64,000 nt of DNA from an uncultured Klebsiella sp. (GTDB lineage Bacteria > Verrucomicrobiota > Verrucomicrobiia > Limisphaerales > SXTU01), in assembly GCA_964478755.1 (NCBI GenBank), contig CAYZJP010000002.1, positions 9,984 to 73,983 of the forward strand. Reading direction: 5' to 3'. Positions 61,306-64,000 of this stretch are shown in pieces. Under the pieces are notes generated by a model. The model ran no database searches. It had not been told where the DNA came from and saw only the letters and a program-made list of their open reading frames with translations. Made by a program: the position numbers and the translations under genes. The stretch's first letter is position 1. Each line of letters begins with the position of its first letter.

Positions 61306-62367
61306 ATGACAATCCCTGAGCACCGCAAGGCCATTGACGCGCTCGACGCCAAGCTCGTCGCGCTGCTGAACGAGCGCACGAAACACGTCCTCAGCATCGG
61401 TGAAATCAAGCGCGGGAACGGCGAGGAGATCTACGTCCCATCCCGTGAGCGCCAAGTCTTTCATCGGATTGCCAAAAAGAACACCGGCCCCATCACCGAC
61501 GCTTCGCTCCGCGCCATCTACCGCGAAATCATGTCCAGCGCGCTCGCGTTGGAGAAGTCCATGACCATCGCCTACCTCGGGCCGGAGGCGACCTTCACGC
61601 ATCAGGCCGCCATCCAGCGCTTCGGCTCCAGCCTGCGTTACGCGGCGCAGAAGACCATCGCCGACGTGTTCAACGAGGTCGCCAAAGGCCGCGCCGACTA
61701 CGGCGTCGTGCCGGTCGAGAATTCCACCGAGGGCGTCGTCACGCACACGCTCGACATGTTCGTGGACAGCGACCTCAAGATTGTTTCCCAAATCGTCCTG
61801 CCCATCTCGCACTGCCTCGTGAGCAAGGGCGGACATGAGCACATCACGAAGCTCTATGTTCATCCCCAGTCGCTCGCGCAATGCCGCGCGTGGGTCCACA
61901 AGAACTTGGCTGGCGCTGAAATCATCGAGACCTCCTCAAATGCCCGCAGTGCCGAACTCGCCGCGCAGGACCGCCATTCCGCCGCCATCGCCGGCCTGCT
62001 CGCCGCCGAGAAATACGGCGTGCCCGTGCTGGAACATGACATCCAGGACAACGCCGCCAACGCCACGCGCTTCCTCGTGCTGGGCCGCAAGTGCAGCCCA
62101 CCCACCGGCCACGACCGCACCAGCCTCATGTTCAGCATCGCGGACGAGGTCGGCGCGCTGCACCGCGCGCTCGCGCCCTTCCGCAAGTATCGGCTCAACA
62201 TGACGAAGATTGAGAGCCGCCCCAGCAAGCGCCGCGTCTGGGAGTATTTCTTCTTTGTGGACTGCGATGGTCACTCCAGTGAGGGCAAGGTGGCGAAAGC
62301 CATCACCCAGCTCGCCGCCCAATGCAGCTTCGTGAAAGTCCTTGGTTCCTACCCGAACAGCGAGTAG
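61306..62367 (+). CDS. pheA: Bifunctional chorismate mutase/prephenate dehydratase
   Basis: RKAIDALD...LLNER, AYLGPEATF, VVPVENSTEG, NATRFLVLG, NMTKIESRP (ACT domain). Confidence 0.95.
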   Translation: MTIPEHRKAIDALDAKLVALLNERTKHVLSIGEIKRGNGEEIYVPSRERQVFHRIAKKNTGPITDASLRAIYREIMSSALALEKSMTIAYLGPEATFTHQAAIQRFGSSLRYAAQKTIADVFNEVAKGRADYGVVPVENSTEGVVTHTLDMFVDSDLKIVSQIVLPISHCLVSKGGHEHITKLYVHPQSLAQCRAWVHKNLAGAEIIETSSNARSAELAAQDRHSAAIAGLLAAEKYGVPVLEHDIQDNAANATRFLVLGRKCSPPTGHDRTSLMFSIADEVGALHRALAPFRKYRLNMTKIESRPSKRRVWEYFFFVDCDGHSSEGKVAKAITQLAAQCSFVKVLGSYPNSE

Positions 62368-62410
62368 GCCCGCCAAAGGGCTGGCGGCCGGACTAAGGTC
62401 TTTCCTCAGC

Positions 62411-62440
62411 TTGCAAAGCCGGCCGCGCTTCCCGTAGCAT
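62411..62440 (+). promoter_or_regulatory. sigma70 promoter (TTGCAA-N18-TAGCAT)
   Basis: The -10 ends 8 nt before ATG 62449. Confidence 0.45.
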
Positions 62441-62448
62441 CGCCCCGA

Positions 62449-64000
62449 ATGCACCGATTCGTTTTCTGTGGGAGCGCCTGCGGGCGGGGGGAGGCTTTCG
62501 GGCCGCTCGTCTGCGCGCTTGCGATGATCGGCTTCAATGCGCTGGCCGCACCAGCGCCGCAGGGTGGGAGCATCTGGACGGCGCAAGGCCCCGCGCCGAC
62601 GCGCAACATTTTCAATGTGGCAGTCCTCAACGGCGAAGCCGACGGCTGCGTTCAGGCCGTCGCAGCGCATCCATTCAGCCCCAACACCCTCTTCCTCGGC
62701 GGGGTCAACGGCGGCATCTGGCGCACGACCAACGCCGCTTCCGCCAGTCCGACTTGGACGCCGCTCACCGACTTTCAGGGTTCGCTTTCGATCAGCGCCA
62801 TCGAGTTCGACCCGACCGATGCAACGGTTAACTCGCTCGTGGCCGGAGTGGGCCGTTACAGCAGCCTCGCCAACGAGGGCGGTGCGTTGACCGGCATCTT
62901 GCGCACGGTGGACGGCGGCAATACATGGACATCACTTAGCGGTGGCGGCACGCTCAACGGAGTCAACATCAGCGGCGTGGCCCCCCGTGGCAACATCATC
63001 GTGGTGTCTGCGGACGGCGGTGCCGGCCGGGGCATCTTCCGCAGCACCGATGCGGGCGCGACCTTTGTTCGTATTTCCGCCGGCACTGGCTCAGGGCCGA
63101 GTGGCCTGCCTGCCGGCATCGCGCGCACACTAGCCGGAAGTCCCCCCAACCTCGGCGTCCTTTACACGGGCATCTACGGCACGCCCGCAGGAGGCACCAA
63201 CGGCATCTACACGTCCTCCGACACGGGTGCCACATGGTCCAAGATCAGCGATGCGGCCATGGACGCGCTGATCAACAACAGCACCGACAACATCAAGATC
63301 AGCGCGGCGGCCGGCGCGCTCTACGTCGGCATTGTCACCAATGGCGTGCTCGGAGGAGTATTCCGTTCCGGCGACGCTGGCGTCACTTGGACAGCGATGG
63401 ATATTCCGACGACACAGGAGACCAACTCGACCGGCAGCGGCGCGATGGGCATTCATCCCGGCCAGCAGGGAAGCATTCATTTCGGGTTGGTGGCCGATCC
63501 GAACAACACGAACCTTGTGTATATCTCGGGCGACCGGCAACCGGCGGGCTTGAACGACGCAGGTGGATTCCCGAATTCAATCGGTGCTAATAGTTTTTCC
63601 GGGCGCTTGTTTCGGGGCGATGCCTCGCAGCCCACGGGCAGTCAGTGGGTGCATCTGACGCATTCGAGTTCGCTCGGTGCGGCGGGCGGCGGGACGGCGA
63701 ACAACACCGCACCGCACCCGGACTCGCGCGGCATCGTGTTCGACGCCGCGGGGAACATCATCGAGGTGGACGACGGCGGCGTTTACCGCCGCACTGCACC
63801 GACCACTAATACCGGCGACTGGTTCTCCATTAACGGCACGCTGCAGGTGGGCGAGTTTCACGACATTGCCTACGACAGTGTCAACCATGTGTTGGTTGCT
63901 GGTGCGCAGGACAACGGCTCGCCGCGCCAGACGGCACCCAACAGTTCGGTTTGGTCTGATCTTTCTGGCGGCGACGGTGCTGACGTGGCGGTGGACAACA
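62449..64000 (+). CDS. Large secreted BNR/Asp-box beta-propeller protein (sialidase/GH74/VPS10-like), 3' end beyond the window
   Basis: Hand translation from ATG 62449: WTAQGPAP, LFLGGVNGGIWRT, and Asp-boxes TVDGGNTW, STDAGATF, SSDTGATW. Absent from the ORF track. Confidence 0.8.
   Translation, partial: MHRFVFCGSACGRGEAFGPLVCALAMIGFNALAAPAPQGGSIWTAQGPAPTRNIFNVAVLNGEADGCVQAVAAHPFSPNTLFLGGVNGGIWRTTNAASASPTWTPLTDFQGSLSISAIEFDPTDATVNSLVAGVGRYSSLANEGGALTGILRTVDGGNTWTSLSGGGTLNGVNISGVAPRGNIIVVSADGGAGRGIFRSTDAGATFVRISAGTGSGPSGLPAGIARTLAGSPPNLGVLYTGIYGTPAGGTNGIYTSSDTGATWSKISDAAMDALINNSTDNIKISAAAGALYVGIVTNGVLGGVFRSGDAGVTWTAMDIPTTQETNSTGSGAMGIHPGQQGSIHFGLVADPNNTNLVYISGDRQPAGLNDAGGFPNSIGANSFSGRLFRGDASQPTGSQWVHLTHSSSLGAAGGGTANNTAPHPDSRGIVFDAAGNIIEVDDGGVYRRTAPTTNTGDWFSINGTLQVGEFHDIAYDSVNHVLVAGAQDNGSPRQTAPNSSVWSDLSGGDGADVAVDN

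Overview
High-GC bacterial DNA with a gene repertoire typical of the PVC superphylum, most likely Verrucomicrobiota (inferred from gene content, not from a marker alignment). Housekeeping genes (tilS, secA, rluE, infA, argF, scpA/scpB, pheA, an RsmB-family methyltransferase) alternate with PVC-type accessory blocks. These are three DUF1501 loci with DUF1549/DUF1553 and planctomycete cytochrome c genes, a MoxR-DUF58-vWA-DUF4159 operon ending in a tetraheme/nucleotidase-like fusion, a PVC-type heme-binding dehydrogenase, and three prepilin-type (H-X9-DG family) genes. Two of the three prepilin-type genes are interrupted, one by an in-frame TAG and one by a +1 shift in a G6 tract. The most striking pattern is a set of at least five distinct families of short palindromic (REP/MITE-like) elements. 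Three of them sit in frame inside long, otherwise intact protein-coding genes. A lower-GC DUF3800 gene followed by a compact three-stem RNA-like structure splits a DUF1553-DUF1501 pair. No rRNA, tRNA, CRISPR array or transposase was seen. All domain calls come from motif recognition by eye; no searches were run.
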